64,000 bases of DNA from an uncultured Candidatus Binatia bacterium (GTDB lineage: Bacteria; Desulfobacterota; Binatia; UBA9968; JAJDTQ01), in the NCBI GenBank assembly GCA_965213675.1, contig OZ243916.1, positions 1,408,001 to 1,472,000 on the forward strand, written 5' to 3'. The first letter of the stretch is position 1. Each line of letters starts with the position of its first letter. A program made the translations under genes and the position numbers. The notes under the pieces are model-generated. The model did not search any database, had not been told where the DNA came from, and was given only the letters and a program-made list of their open reading frames with translations. Positions 1-9,805 of the stretch are shown in pieces.

Positions 1-437
1 ACGTGGCGCAACTCCGGGACCCGCACCTGATCGAGAAGGCCGGCGTGGTGGAAGCCCCGCCAAGCGGCAGGAATGATGGCGACTTCGGGCCGGGTAAAGC
101 CCACGATGGCTTCCAACTCCGCGCGCCGCAGGCTCGGCGCCACGGTCACGAGCTTGAGACCCGCCTTCTCGCACGCCAGGCGGGCCAGAAAAAGCTCCGC
201 CGAGTTGGGCATCTGGATGAGAACGCGGCCGTCCCGCCGAAGGCCCAGGTCCAGCAGCGCCAGCGCCAAGGCGTCGGACCACTCCGCCACCTGGCTCCAG
301 GTGAGACGCCGCCGCACGTCCACCAGCGCCTCCCTGGAGGCGAAACGGCGGGCGTTGCCGTCGCAAAAGTCGGCCGCGGTCTTGAGCGGCATATGGCGCG
401 AGACCGCGTCCCGCAGAGCCGCGCGCGGGTCCAACAT
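1..437 (-). CDS. AMP-binding protein / acyl-CoA synthetase (5' part; runs off window start)
   Basis: Own translation MLDPRAALRDAVSRHMPLKTAADFCDGNARRFASREALVDVRRRLTWSQV...LGLRRDGRVLIQMPNS, typical adenylate-forming N-terminus; GGAGG RBS upstream; absent from the ORF track because there is no stop in the window. Confidence 0.75.
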   Translation of the reverse strand, partial: MLDPRAALRDAVSRHMPLKTAADFCDGNARRFASREALVDVRRRLTWSQVAEWSDALALALLDLGLRRDGRVLIQMPNSAELFLARLACEKAGLKLVTVAPSLRRAELEAIVGFTRPEVAIIPAAWRGFHHAGLLDQVRVPELRH

Positions 438-537
438 GGGCTGTCCTCCGGTCCGGCGCGCGGCGGCGCTCCCGTCCACAAGGGGGCATACGCTTCGGTG
501 TCCGCCCCCGTGCGGGCGCGTGCCTCGCCGCCCCGCG

Positions 538-1353
538 TCAAGGGGAATAGGGGCCGAGGAACCGCTTGGCGGCCCTTCGTTCCTCAATGCACTTGCGGTA
601 CTTCCAGCCCTGACTCAGGAAGTCGAAGAGTCCGCCCTCCTGTTTGGGATTCAGCGTGTCCAGCAATCCGAGAGCCTTGTGGGTTGGGGGGCTCATGGCC
701 CAGAGACGTTCGGGGAGCTGCACCCGGGGTCCTGACAGTTCGAGCGTCCGCCCGTTCGTCCGGTTGCGCAGAATGAGCGCCAACTCGAACTCGTCCCGCG
801 GCCGCTCCCTGGTCCGATCCGGCACCTCGAAGGCCAGCTCCGGGCCGTGGTGGTAGAAGCGGTCGGCGCCCTTCCGCTCGTCGCCGGGTTCCACGAACGT
901 GATCCAGTCCAGGGTTCCAGACCCGCCGGTGCGGAATCCAATCTTGCCCACCCCGTCCTCGACGTACGTGTCGGCTTCCGGTCCTTCCACCGCCGCGCCA
1001 GCACCACGAGTCACGAGACGCATCGTGAACGGCGCATCACGCCAGCCGTGGGGCGCGTCAAGCTTCAGCCGCTGCAGCCGCACGTCGATGTGCAGCGTCC
1101 TTCCACCCATCCCCCGGTATCCCGCCCGCACCGCCACCACGGCCCGCGCCCGGCCGCCGGTGGACTCCATCCGGGCGTATGCCTTGACCCGGTGCGGTTC
1201 CTCGTTCGCGCACATCCGGCTGAAGACGACGCGCCCGCCGGGCGGATGAAGCATCGGTTCCGGAGCGGTGACGGGTTCGGTGACCTGCGCGCCGCAGGCC
1301 GTGCTTGCCAAAAGAAGCACCAGCATCGCCGCCCGGCACAGCTTGTTGCTCAT
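538..1353 (-). CDS. Hypothetical lipoprotein
   Basis: MSNKLCRAAMLVLLLASTAC signal peptide with lipobox-like Cys; GAGG/GAAGG upstream. Confidence 0.6.
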   Translation of the reverse strand: MSNKLCRAAMLVLLLASTACGAQVTEPVTAPEPMLHPPGGRVVFSRMCANEEPHRVKAYARMESTGGRARAVVAVRAGYRGMGGRTLHIDVRLQRLKLDAPHGWRDAPFTMRLVTRGAGAAVEGPEADTYVEDGVGKIGFRTGGSGTLDWITFVEPGDERKGADRFYHHGPELAFEVPDRTRERPRDEFELALILRNRTNGRTLELSGPRVQLPERLWAMSPPTHKALGLLDTLNPKQEGGLFDFLSQGWKYRKCIEERRAAKRFLGPYSP

Positions 1354-1540
1354 CGGCGAACCTTCCTCGGTCTTCATCCTCGGAGCCCGCGCCGCGAGAT
1401 CCGTGACCCGACGTTCTCCCTCCAGCGCCACCGCCGGTCGCCCTTGCCCTCGACCGGGTGTGGCGTTTCGCTCCGGCTCGCCCTGAATTCCCCGTACCCG
1501 AATATCAAGCGGGGGTTGGACGTGCAACGTTTTGACCGAG

Positions 1541-1699
1541 GAGGCTGTCGGGTTTATCGAATCGTAGCGAGAGGCAGAGAAATGGAGGCCAGTTTCGGGC
1601 GGATTTGAGGAGAATATTGGTAATATTGGACGAAAATCCAACCGGAAATGGACCCATTTCCCTGCCTCGCAGCAGATTCTTGATAAGCCCGACAGGCTC
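1541..1699. mobile_element. 159-bp MITE family A, copy 1
   Basis: TIRs GAGGCTGTCGGGTTTATC / GATAAGCCCGACAGGCTC; near-identical to 37474-37632; right flank CTGG. Confidence 0.85.
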
Positions 1700-1964
1700 C
1701 TGGGGATAGGTGGTCCCGACGAACGAGCCAGGTTGGCAGCGCGATTCGCCTGCCTCGCCGCCGGCTCTGCCGGAACAGCAGGACATGTTAAACAGAACCC
1801 TGGCGGCACGATCCATTACCGCGGAATACACATTGTCTTCGCCGCCCAACTGTCCGACGATGTGGGACCATCGCATCTGTCCGCCCATGATCCACAAGGG
1901 TCATCGGCACGTGAAGCGCAAATCCGTCGCAGAGAAGCGGCGGGCGAACAAGGAGACGAATCGC

Positions 1965-3053
1965 ATGGTGATGATCATCAACGAGGAGGAGGCCAGGGAA
2001 CTGCTCGCCATGGACGAGTGCCTCGACCTCATGGAGGACGTGTTCCGCGAGATCGGGCGCGGCAACGGGGTCAACCCGCCGCGGCTTCGCTACTCCTGCC
2101 CCACTCCCGATCCGCGGGCGAACTACTTTGCCAACATTCACGCCGGCGCGCTGCCCAAGTACGGGGTGGCCGCGGTGCGCCTCAACTCCCGGCTCACCGA
2201 AGAAAAGGACGACGAGACCCGCCGGGTGGAATTCAAGCACCCGACGCGCCGCTACTGGGGGCAGTTTCTGATCTACAGTCTGGAGACCGCCGAGTTACTG
2301 GCGATCATCGTGGACGGCACCATTTCTCCCCTGCGGGTCGGCGCCACCAGCGGCGCCGCGGTCCGGTTGCTGGCGCGGCCGGACTCCCGCGTGGCCGGAC
2401 TCTTCGGCACCGGCCACCAGGCGGAACTGCACGCCCGGGCCCTGGCGGCCGCCCTGCCCCTCCAGCGCCTCAAGGTGTACAGCCCGTCGCGCGCGCACCG
2501 GGAGGAGTTCTGCGCCCGCTTTGGCGACGAACTGGGCATCCCCGTCACCGCCGCCTCCGAACCCGGCGAGGTGGTGCAGAGGTCCGACGTGATCTGTTGC
2601 GCCACCAACTCCTCGGCCCCGGTCTTTGACGGCGGAGACCTGGAACCGGGACAGACCGTGGTGTCCATCGTCAACAGCGACGTGGTGTTCGAGCGTCACG
2701 AAGTGGACCGGGAAACCATCCGGCGCAGCGACCTCATCGTGGTCAACGGGCGCGAGAGCGTCCACGCCAACCGCCAGAAGGAGCTACTGGACCCCATCGA
2801 AGCCGGCGAGACCTCCTGGGACAAAGTCGTGGAGCTGGGCGAAGTGGTGAACCAGGCCGCCCCCGGCCGGCGGGACCCCTCGGACATCATCTACTACAAG
2901 AACAACTCCGGCATGGCGATCCAGTTCGCGGCCGTGGGCAAGCTGGTGCTGGACAAGGCCCGGGCCACCGGGGTGGGGCGGGAACTGCCGGCCGAGTGGT
3001 TCTCCGTCGATCTCGAACCCTGGTTCGCCAGGGGATACTCGCCCGCGTCGTGA
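1965..3053 (+). CDS. Ornithine cyclodeaminase / mu-crystallin family protein
   Basis: LRVGATSG, GLFGTGHQA, DVICCATNS, YYKNNSGMAIQFAA motifs; AAGGAG RBS. Confidence 0.85.
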   Translation: MVMIINEEEARELLAMDECLDLMEDVFREIGRGNGVNPPRLRYSCPTPDPRANYFANIHAGALPKYGVAAVRLNSRLTEEKDDETRRVEFKHPTRRYWGQFLIYSLETAELLAIIVDGTISPLRVGATSGAAVRLLARPDSRVAGLFGTGHQAELHARALAAALPLQRLKVYSPSRAHREEFCARFGDELGIPVTAASEPGEVVQRSDVICCATNSSAPVFDGGDLEPGQTVVSIVNSDVVFERHEVDRETIRRSDLIVVNGRESVHANRQKELLDPIEAGETSWDKVVELGEVVNQAAPGRRDPSDIIYYKNNSGMAIQFAAVGKLVLDKARATGVGRELPAEWFSVDLEPWFARGYSPAS

Positions 3054-3057
3054 ACTC

Positions 3058-4170
3058 ATGACCGAGGCCATGACCGGCGCCGACCTTGCCAGGCTGGCCG
3101 GCCGCATCAAGACATGGGGGCGGGAACTGGGCTTCCAGCAGGTGGGGATCACCGGCGTGGACCTGAACGCGGACGAGGCGTTGCTGGAACGCTGGCTGGC
3201 CGAGGGGCGCCACGGCGAGATGGGCTACATGGCGCGGCACGGCGTGCGCCGCTCGCGGCCGGCGGAACTCGTGCCGGGCACGGCGCGCGTCATCTGCGCG
3301 CGCATGGACTATCTCCCGGGAGACGGCGCGGAGCCGTGGCGGGTGCTGCGCGACGGCCGTCTCGGATACGTTTCCCGCTACGCCCTGGGACGGGACTACC
3401 ACCGGCTCTTGCGGAAACGCCTGCAGGCGCTGGCGCACCGGGTGGCGGCGTCGGTAGGTCCCTTCGGCTACCGTGTGTTCACCGACAGCGCACCGGTACT
3501 GGAGAAACCCCTGGCCCGCAACGCCGGCCTCGGCTGGATCGGCAAGCACACCAATCTCATCCACGCCGGCGCCGGCTCCTGGTTCTTCCTGGGCGAGATC
3601 TACACGGACCTGGCGCTCCCCGTGGACCATGAAGCGCCGGACCGCTGCGGCACCTGCCGCGCATGCATGGACGTGTGCCCCACGGGCGCCATCACCGGGC
3701 CGTATCAACTGGACGCGCGCCGGTGCATTTCCTACCTCACCATCGAGCTCCGCGGCCCCATCCCGGTGGAACTCCGCCCGCTCATGGGGAACCGCGTCTA
3801 CGGCTGTGACGACTGCCAGCTTGTCTGCCCCTGGAACCGCTACGCGCGCTTCACCCGCGAGGACGGCTTCCGGCCCCGGCACGGGCTGGACGCACCGGCT
3901 CTGCTGGAACTGTTCGGTTGGAGCGAAGCGGATTTCCTGCGGCGCACCGAAGGCAGCGCCATTCGCCGCATTGGCCACGTGTGCTGGCTGCGCAACGTCG
4001 CCGTGGCATTGGGCAACGCGCCCTCCGACCCGCGCATCGTGGACGCGTTGCGCAAACGGCGCGAGCACCCGTCCCCGCTCGTGCGGGAACACGTGGCATG
4101 GGCGCTGGAGCGGCAGGAGCGCCAGCGGAACGCGCGCCCGGGGACGGCGGGTCAGGACGGGGGCGCCTGA
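3058..4170 (+). CDS. queG: tRNA epoxyqueuosine(34) reductase
   Basis: [51 protein letters not shown]. Confidence 0.95.
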   Translation: MTEAMTGADLARLAGRIKTWGRELGFQQVGITGVDLNADEALLERWLAEGRHGEMGYMARHGVRRSRPAELVPGTARVICARMDYLPGDGAEPWRVLRDGRLGYVSRYALGRDYHRLLRKRLQALAHRVAASVGPFGYRVFTDSAPVLEKPLARNAGLGWIGKHTNLIHAGAGSWFFLGEIYTDLALPVDHEAPDRCGTCRACMDVCPTGAITGPYQLDARRCISYLTIELRGPIPVELRPLMGNRVYGCDDCQLVCPWNRYARFTREDGFRPRHGLDAPALLELFGWSEADFLRRTEGSAIRRIGHVCWLRNVAVALGNAPSDPRIVDALRKRREHPSPLVREHVAWALERQERQRNARPGTAGQDGGA

Positions 4171-4355
4171 AAGACCTTCCCGTCGTCGAGTCGCAGGGCG
4201 GTCAACGACCCGCCCCATACGCAGCCGCTGTCGAGGCACACCATGCCGTTCTCGCGGTGAAACCCCAAGGCCGCCCAATGCCCGAACAGCACCGTCTCCC
4301 CGCGCGCGTGCCGGCGCCAAGTGAACCAGGGGCGGCAGCCCGCGGGCGCAAGCCC
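4152..4355 (-). pseudogene. C-terminal fragment of a second apaH
   Basis: PWFTW...[12 protein letters not shown]...[17 protein letters not shown] matches the end of intact apaH at 7566-8378; no N-terminus; boundary approximate. Confidence 0.85.
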
Positions 4356-4384
4356 ATCTCCCGGGCGAGGGCCGCGGCTCGCGG

Positions 4385-4789
4385 CTAGTCGTGACCGGGC
4401 AAATCCGTGAACAGCGTCAGGCTCGCGCCCTGAGGGTCCTGTATGACGCAGAACCGTCCCACGCCGGGTATGTCCTTCGGCGGCACGATGATCTTCCCGC
4501 CGAGTTCCCCCACGCGGATGGCGGATGCGTCCACGTCGTCCACGTTCACGTACGCTCCCCAACACGGCGGCATCCCCTGGGCCTGGGCCGGCACCGCCAT
4601 GATGCCCCCGATCCCGGTTCCCTCCACCTTCACAAGATTGTATTCGAGATCCTGGCCGTTATCGAAACACTCGTGAACCACAGTTTCCGTGGTCCACCCC
4701 AAAAGCTCGGTATAGAATCTCTTTGCGCCGTCCACGTCCGTGGTCAGAAGCTCGCACCAGTTGAAGGTTCCATGTTTTGAAGTGCTCAT
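4385..4789 (-). CDS. VOC/glyoxalase family protein
   Basis: [18 protein letters not shown]...[12 protein letters not shown]. Confidence 0.9.
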   Translation of the reverse strand: MSTSKHGTFNWCELLTTDVDGAKRFYTELLGWTTETVVHECFDNGQDLEYNLVKVEGTGIGGIMAVPAQAQGMPPCWGAYVNVDDVDASAIRVGELGGKIIVPPKDIPGVGRFCVIQDPQGASLTLFTDLPGHD

Positions 4790-5064
4790 TCGTGTTCCTT
4801 TCGTCTTCCCGTTACGCGGGAATGCCCGCAAACTTGCTACTACGTCATATGACAGCGGCGGTGCGGGTTGGCAACCATGCCGTCCCCGACGCGCTGTGGA
4901 CCGCGTTGCCGGTACGTAGTACGTTGGACACCCATTCACCGGCTCAAGCGTTCGGCAAGCACTGAGCACTTGTTGCCGACAGGTTGGCGCCCTTCGTCCC
5001 GAGCGTAGCGAAGGGCGCCGTCTCAATGGATTGAAGTTCCGGCAAAATTCTACGGCGGTATTCC

Positions 5065-5811
5065 ATGCTCAAACTCTACCATTGGTGGAGTTCCACCTGC
5101 TCGCGGCGCGTGCGCATTGCCCTGGCGGCGAAACAACTCGCCTGGGAGAGCGTCTACGTCAACCTGGCGAAGTTCGAGAACCTCGAGCCCTGGTACGTCG
5201 AGATGAACCCCAACGGGGTGGTGCCGACGCTGGTGCACGACGGCCGCATCGTCATCGAGTCCAACTTCATTCTGGAGTACCTCGACGACGTATTCCCCGA
5301 AGTGCCGCTACGCCCCGAAGATCCCTACGAACGCGCGCACATGCGCATATGGATGGATCGCTTCGAGCACGAACTGCACCGCAACGTGAACATCATCTCC
5401 TTCATCAAGCAGGGTCGCATCAAGCGCTACGCGCACCTGTCCGAGGAAGAGCGCGAGGCCGCGGTCATGCAGCAGCCCACCGAACCGAAGCGCGCCCTGT
5501 TGCGGGACCGGCTCCGAAACGGCATCTCCGAGGAGCAGATGGCCTACGCGGAGGCGCGGCTGGCCGAGATCCTGGACGACGTGGAAAACGCGCTTCAGGG
5601 GCGTCCCTGGCTCAACGGCGAACGCATGTCGCTGGCGGACTGCTCCATCGCTCCGTTCATCGAACGCTTTGAAGCCAACGGGCTGGAGCGGCTGGTGGAC
5701 TGGGATGCGCGCCCGGCAGTGGGCGCGTGGTGGGCGCGGATGCAGGCCACGGAAGCCTGGCAGACGGCCCATTCCTTCAAGGCTCCTGGGAGCGTTCCGA
5801 AAATCGACTGA
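5065..5811 (+). CDS. Glutathione S-transferase family protein
   Basis: LYHWWSSTCSRRVR, NPNGVVPTL, ESNFILEYLDD, SLADC. Confidence 0.9.
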   Translation: MLKLYHWWSSTCSRRVRIALAAKQLAWESVYVNLAKFENLEPWYVEMNPNGVVPTLVHDGRIVIESNFILEYLDDVFPEVPLRPEDPYERAHMRIWMDRFEHELHRNVNIISFIKQGRIKRYAHLSEEEREAAVMQQPTEPKRALLRDRLRNGISEEQMAYAEARLAEILDDVENALQGRPWLNGERMSLADCSIAPFIERFEANGLERLVDWDARPAVGAWWARMQATEAWQTAHSFKAPGSVPKID

Positions 5812-5937
5812 CTTGAGTCACCGTGGGCTTGACCCGGGGTCTTCCCCGCGGGGCGACCGCCAGGGCGACCGCCGGTCGCCCATACAGGTCCTCGGCCTTG
5901 CCGGCGACAAAATCCTCCACACCTGAGTCCAGGTATT
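5780..5937. repeat. ~155-bp direct repeat, copy 1 (contains REP-like GGCTTGACCCGGGG)
   Basis: Near-identical to 9613-9771; supplies the GST C-terminus APGSVPKID and its stop codon. Confidence 0.85.
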
Positions 5938-6248
5938 ACCGCTACGCGCGGTTCACGGCCGAGGCCGGTTTCGTGGCCCGGCACGGCCTGGACGCGCCGG
6001 CGTTGCTGGAGGTCTTTCGCTGGAGTGAGGCCGACTTCCTGCGCATTATGCGCGGGAGCGCCATCCGCCGCATCGGCTATGCCTGCTGGCTGCGGAACGT
6101 GGCGGTGGCCTTGGGCAACGCTCCCTACGACCCCCGGGTGGTCCGGGGATTGCAGGAGCGCGGCGACGACCCGTTGCCGCTGGTGAGGGAACACGTGGCG
6201 TGGGCACTGGAACAGCAGCGCCGCAACCAGTCGGGGCCCCGGCGCTAG
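5938..6248 (+). pseudogene. C-terminal fragment of a second queG
   Basis: RYARFT...[22 protein letters not shown]...[12 protein letters not shown] aligns to the queG C-terminus; lacks the Fe-S domain. Confidence 0.85.
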
Positions 6249-7544
6249 CAGGCCGTGGAAAAACGCCTAGATTTGAGCGTTTGTGAGTGATTCGATGGAA
6301 AATCCGGCTTCAGGGCATCGAGATAGACTTGTTTCACCGGCCATTTCAGGCCAGCGGGCGCGGCGCAGACGCACTGAGGCCATGGACGCATGCTCAACCC
6401 CCGACTCCCAAGGTGCGCAGTCGTACCAGGTTGTAGGCGGCGAAGGTGAGGGTAAACTGGAAGTCGACCTTGGCCAAGCCCCGGTGCTTGAGTTTGCGCA
6501 TGCCTCCGATGGTCTTGGCCCAGCCGAAGCCTTCCTCGATCCGTTTGCGGATGCGCTGGCTCACTGCGTAACCACCGTGACGGGTGGTGCGCCGGTCAAT
6601 GGCGGAACGCCGGTGGGTATCGTTCTGGGCCACATGCGGACTGACGTTGGCGCAGCGCAGTCCCTCCACAAAGTCTTTTGTATCGTATCCCTTGTCTGCC
6701 CCGAGGGTGAGCCGATCCGTGCCGGGACGCGCCGTCATCATCGCCAGGCCCGCCTCGCGCTCAGCCCGTCCGCCGGCTTCGGTGGTACGGGTATCGACGA
6801 TCAGTCCATGGCGGTTATCCATCAACGCATGGCCCAGGTAGCACAGCTTCGCTTCCTGCCCTTGGCCCTTGCGGTACAGCCGTGCCTGTGGATCGGTGCC
6901 CGACTGGTGGGTCGCATTGCTGCGCTTCTCGCCGTGGAAGTCCGCCTCGGCGTTGCGTCCACCGCCACCGCGCCGTCCGCCTCCATCTTTCGGCCGGAAC
7001 GACTTCATCGACGCCCACGCCTCCAGCAACGTCCCGTCCACGCTGAAGTGTTCATCCGACAAAAGGCGTCCTTCACGGGCCTGACCCAGCACTTGCCCAA
7101 AAAAGGCCCGCGCGATGTCCGACCCGATCAACCGCTCCCGGTTCTTGGTGAACGTCGAGTGGTCCCACACCGGATCGTCCATCGACAGTCCCACAAACCA
7201 CCTGAACAGCAAGTTGTAGTCCAGTTGCTCCACCAACAACCGTTCGCTACGGATCGAGTAAAGTACCTGAAGCAGCAACGCCCGCAGCAACTGCTCCGGC
7301 GCGATCGAAGGCCGCCCCGTGTGCGAGTACATCTCCTCAAACTCCCGCGTCAGTCCTTCAAGCGCCCTGTTCACCATTTTCCGTATCGCTCGCAACGGAT
7401 GGTCCGCTGGCACTCGCGCCTCCGGCGACACATAACTGAACATCCCTTCCTGACGCGGATCTGTTCCTCTCATCGTTTACTCCCTGTCCTTACGAATAGG
7501 ATACTTACTGTTATCCGCGTCAGGCGGAGTTTTTCAACAACCTG
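6249..7544 (-). mobile_element. IS5-family insertion sequence
   Basis: Imperfect TIRs CAGGCCGTGGAAAAAC / GTTTTTCAACAACCTG; CTAG direct repeat at 6245-6248 and 7545-7548. Confidence 0.93.
6394..7473 (-). CDS. IS5-family DDE transposase
   Basis: VPADHPLR, GRPSIAPE, FRWFVGL, SVDGTL, GADKGYD, RKRIEEGFGWAK. Confidence 0.95.
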   Translation of the reverse strand: MRGTDPRQEGMFSYVSPEARVPADHPLRAIRKMVNRALEGLTREFEEMYSHTGRPSIAPEQLLRALLLQVLYSIRSERLLVEQLDYNLLFRWFVGLSMDDPVWDHSTFTKNRERLIGSDIARAFFGQVLGQAREGRLLSDEHFSVDGTLLEAWASMKSFRPKDGGGRRGGGGRNAEADFHGEKRSNATHQSGTDPQARLYRKGQGQEAKLCYLGHALMDNRHGLIVDTRTTEAGGRAEREAGLAMMTARPGTDRLTLGADKGYDTKDFVEGLRCANVSPHVAQNDTHRRSAIDRRTTRHGGYAVSQRIRKRIEEGFGWAKTIGGMRKLKHRGLAKVDFQFTLTFAAYNLVRLRTLGVGG

Positions 7545-7565
7545 CTAGTGTCCTTTCCCACGTAA

Positions 7566-8378
7566 TCAGTGCACGCGTGGCAAGCCGCTGGGCACCTCGA
7601 AGACCCGCCCATCATCCAGTCTCAACGCGGTCAGCGTCCCGCCCCACACGCAGCCGCTGTCCAGGCACACCGTGCCGTTCTCGCGGTGGAACCCCAGAGT
7701 CGCCCAGTGTCCGTACAGGACCGTCTCGCCCGGGTTGGCACGGTGCCAGGTGAACCAGGGGCGGTACCCTTCCGGCGCGTCCGCCGGCGGCCCGGAGAAC
7801 GACAGCGCCATGCGGCCGCCGGCCGTGCAGCAACGGAGTCGCGTGAACACGCCGACAATGCCGCTCCACCTCTCAGGGCCGGCCAAATCATCGGACCACA
7901 CGTCGACGGAGTGGGCCATCTGCCGCCGCAGGAACTTCCCGTAGTCCGCGGCTTGCATCCGCGATTCCACCTCCCGCGCCAGATCCACGGCCTTGCCGGT
8001 GGTCCACTGGGGCAACAGGCCGGCGTGGGACAGGACGTATCCATTCTCGCGATGGATCAGCGGAAGACGCCGCAGCCAGTCGATGATCTCGTCGCGGTCG
8101 GCAGCGGCCAGGACCTTGTCCAGGGTGTCCCGGCGCTTGGGTGCGGAGATGCCCCTGGCCCGGCAGATGAGGTGAAGGTCGTGGTTGCCGAGTACCGCGA
8201 CGCCCGCCGGTCCGAGTCCCTTCACGAAACGCAGCACCGAGAGGGAGTCCGGGCCGCGGTTCACGAGGTCGCCGGCAAACCAGAGGCGGTCGGCGGCCGG
8301 ATCGAAGGCGACGAGATCCAGCAGCCGCCGCAGGGGCTCGTAGCAGCCTTGCACGTCGCCGATGGCGTAGGTGGCCAT
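7566..8378 (-). CDS. apaH: Symmetrical bis(5'-nucleosyl)-tetraphosphatase
   Basis: [39 protein letters not shown]. Confidence 0.95.
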   Translation of the reverse strand: MATYAIGDVQGCYEPLRRLLDLVAFDPAADRLWFAGDLVNRGPDSLSVLRFVKGLGPAGVAVLGNHDLHLICRARGISAPKRRDTLDKVLAAADRDEIIDWLRRLPLIHRENGYVLSHAGLLPQWTTGKAVDLAREVESRMQAADYGKFLRRQMAHSVDVWSDDLAGPERWSGIVGVFTRLRCCTAGGRMALSFSGPPADAPEGYRPWFTWHRANPGETVLYGHWATLGFHRENGTVCLDSGCVWGGTLTALRLDDGRVFEVPSGLPRVH

Positions 8379-8385
8379 GAGTCCG

Positions 8386-8781
8386 CTAGCGGGAACCGCG
8401 GAGGCTGAATGGTCCGCCGCCCCGGGACGCGATGTACAGGAACACGAAACAGAAGAGCACGGCCAGCTCGCCGCCGTTCTCGATGGGCCAGAAACTCCTC
8501 CCGGCGTGGGCCATGAAGTAGGCCGCGGCCATCAGGCCGCTGCAAATGAATGCCGCGACGCGGGTCATGAGCCCCAACGCCACCAGCAGGCCGCCCACGA
8601 GCTCGATGGCGCCCGCGAGGCCCATGAGCGAGAGCATCTCCACCGACCCGCCCCGGCCGTCTGCGCCGCCGAGTACGCCGAACAGCTTCTGTGCGCCGTG
8701 CTGCGCGAACGCGAGTCCGACGACGAGTCGCATGAGCGAGTAGGCGTAACGCGAGGCACCGCGAGCAAAACGTTCCGACAT
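8386..8781 (-). CDS. DoxX family membrane protein
   Basis: HGAQKLFG, ELVGGLL, NGGELA. Confidence 0.9.
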   Translation of the reverse strand: MSERFARGASRYAYSLMRLVVGLAFAQHGAQKLFGVLGGADGRGGSVEMLSLMGLAGAIELVGGLLVALGLMTRVAAFICSGLMAAAYFMAHAGRSFWPIENGGELAVLFCFVFLYIASRGGGPFSLRGSR

Positions 8782-8810
8782 TGCGTTTCCCTCCTCGTTC
8801 CGTCCGTGCA

Positions 8811-9425
8811 TCAGGGGCTTGCGTGAACGATGGCCCGATGCCTGAAACACTGCACCAGGTGATCGTTCACCATCCCCACCGCCTGCATGAAAGCGTAGCA
8901 GATGGTCGGCCCGACGAACCGGAACCCGCGGCGGGCGAGGTCGCGGCTCATGGCTTCCGACTCCGGCGTACGCGCCGGGACGTCCTCATGGTCGCGCCAG
9001 CCGTTGACCCGCGGACGTCCGCCGATGAACTGCCAGATGTAACGGTCGAAGGTGCCGTGCTCCTCCTTGACCCGGAGAAACGCCTGCGCGTTGACCACCG
9101 CGGCGTTGACCTTGAGACGGTTCCGGACCAGGCCGGAATCCGCCAGCAACTCGCGCCGCTTCGGTTCATCATAGCGGGCGACGGTGTCGGGGTCGAAGTT
9201 GGCGAAGGCGCGGCGATAGCCATGCCGCTTCTTGAGGATGGTGTCCCAACTCAGCCCCGCCTGAGCGCCCTCGAGGATCAGAAACTCGAAGAGCGTCCGG
9301 TCATCGTGGCACGGGACCCCCCATTCGGCGTCATGATAGGCCGTGGACAGCTCGGTCTTGGCCCAATCGCAGCGCACGAGCGGGTCGCCGGTGAGAAGCT
9401 CACACCGGTGCCGGAATGCATCCAT
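8811..9425 (-). CDS. tag: DNA-3-methyladenine glycosylase I
   Basis: YHDAEWGVP, LEGAQAGLSW, FVGPTICYAFMQAVGMVNDH. Confidence 0.95.
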   Translation of the reverse strand: MDAFRHRCELLTGDPLVRCDWAKTELSTAYHDAEWGVPCHDDRTLFEFLILEGAQAGLSWDTILKKRHGYRRAFANFDPDTVARYDEPKRRELLADSGLVRNRLKVNAAVVNAQAFLRVKEEHGTFDRYIWQFIGGRPRVNGWRDHEDVPARTPESEAMSRDLARRGFRFVGPTICYAFMQAVGMVNDHLVQCFRHRAIVHASP

Positions 9426-9583
9426 CGAGAACTCCTTCTCCAATTGGAATCATGAAAACCTATGCAGGCTCGCGGGCCACTGTCAAACCTTCCACCGATG
9501 GCAACTTCCCCGCGAGACCGCTGTTTTCGGACGGGTCTTCATTCGCGCCGCCAACCTGCCGCTGGAGGTTTTCCATGCTCAAA

Positions 9584-9634
9584 CTCGGAACGCTCCCAGG
9601 AGCCTGCGGCGCAGGCTCCTGGGAGCGTTCCGAG
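9584..9634. repeat. 51-bp perfect palindrome
   Basis: CTCGGAACGCTCCCAGGAGCCTGCG-G-CGCAGGCTCCTGGGAGCGTTCCGAG (25-bp arms). Confidence 0.95.
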
Positions 9635-9771
9635 AATCGACTGACTTGCGTCACCGCGGGCTTGACCCGGGGTCTTCCCCGCGTGGTGACCGCCAGGGCG
9701 ACCGCCGGTCGCCCCTACAGGTCCTCGGCCTTGCCGGCGACAAAAATCCTCCACACCTGAGTCCACGTATT
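9613..9771. repeat. ~155-bp direct repeat, copy 2
   Basis: Near-identical to 5780-5937. Confidence 0.85.
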
Positions 9772-9805
9772 TGCGAAACGCAGCACCAGGCGCGGCAGCC
9801 GCGGT

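Noticed and set aside
5823-5937. Start of the 141-aa ORF as a genuine gene
   Set aside because: The start lies in repeat-derived sequence fused to a queG fragment
6283-7548. 421-aa + strand ORF across the IS
   Set aside because: Antisense to the transposase, with no recognisable motifs
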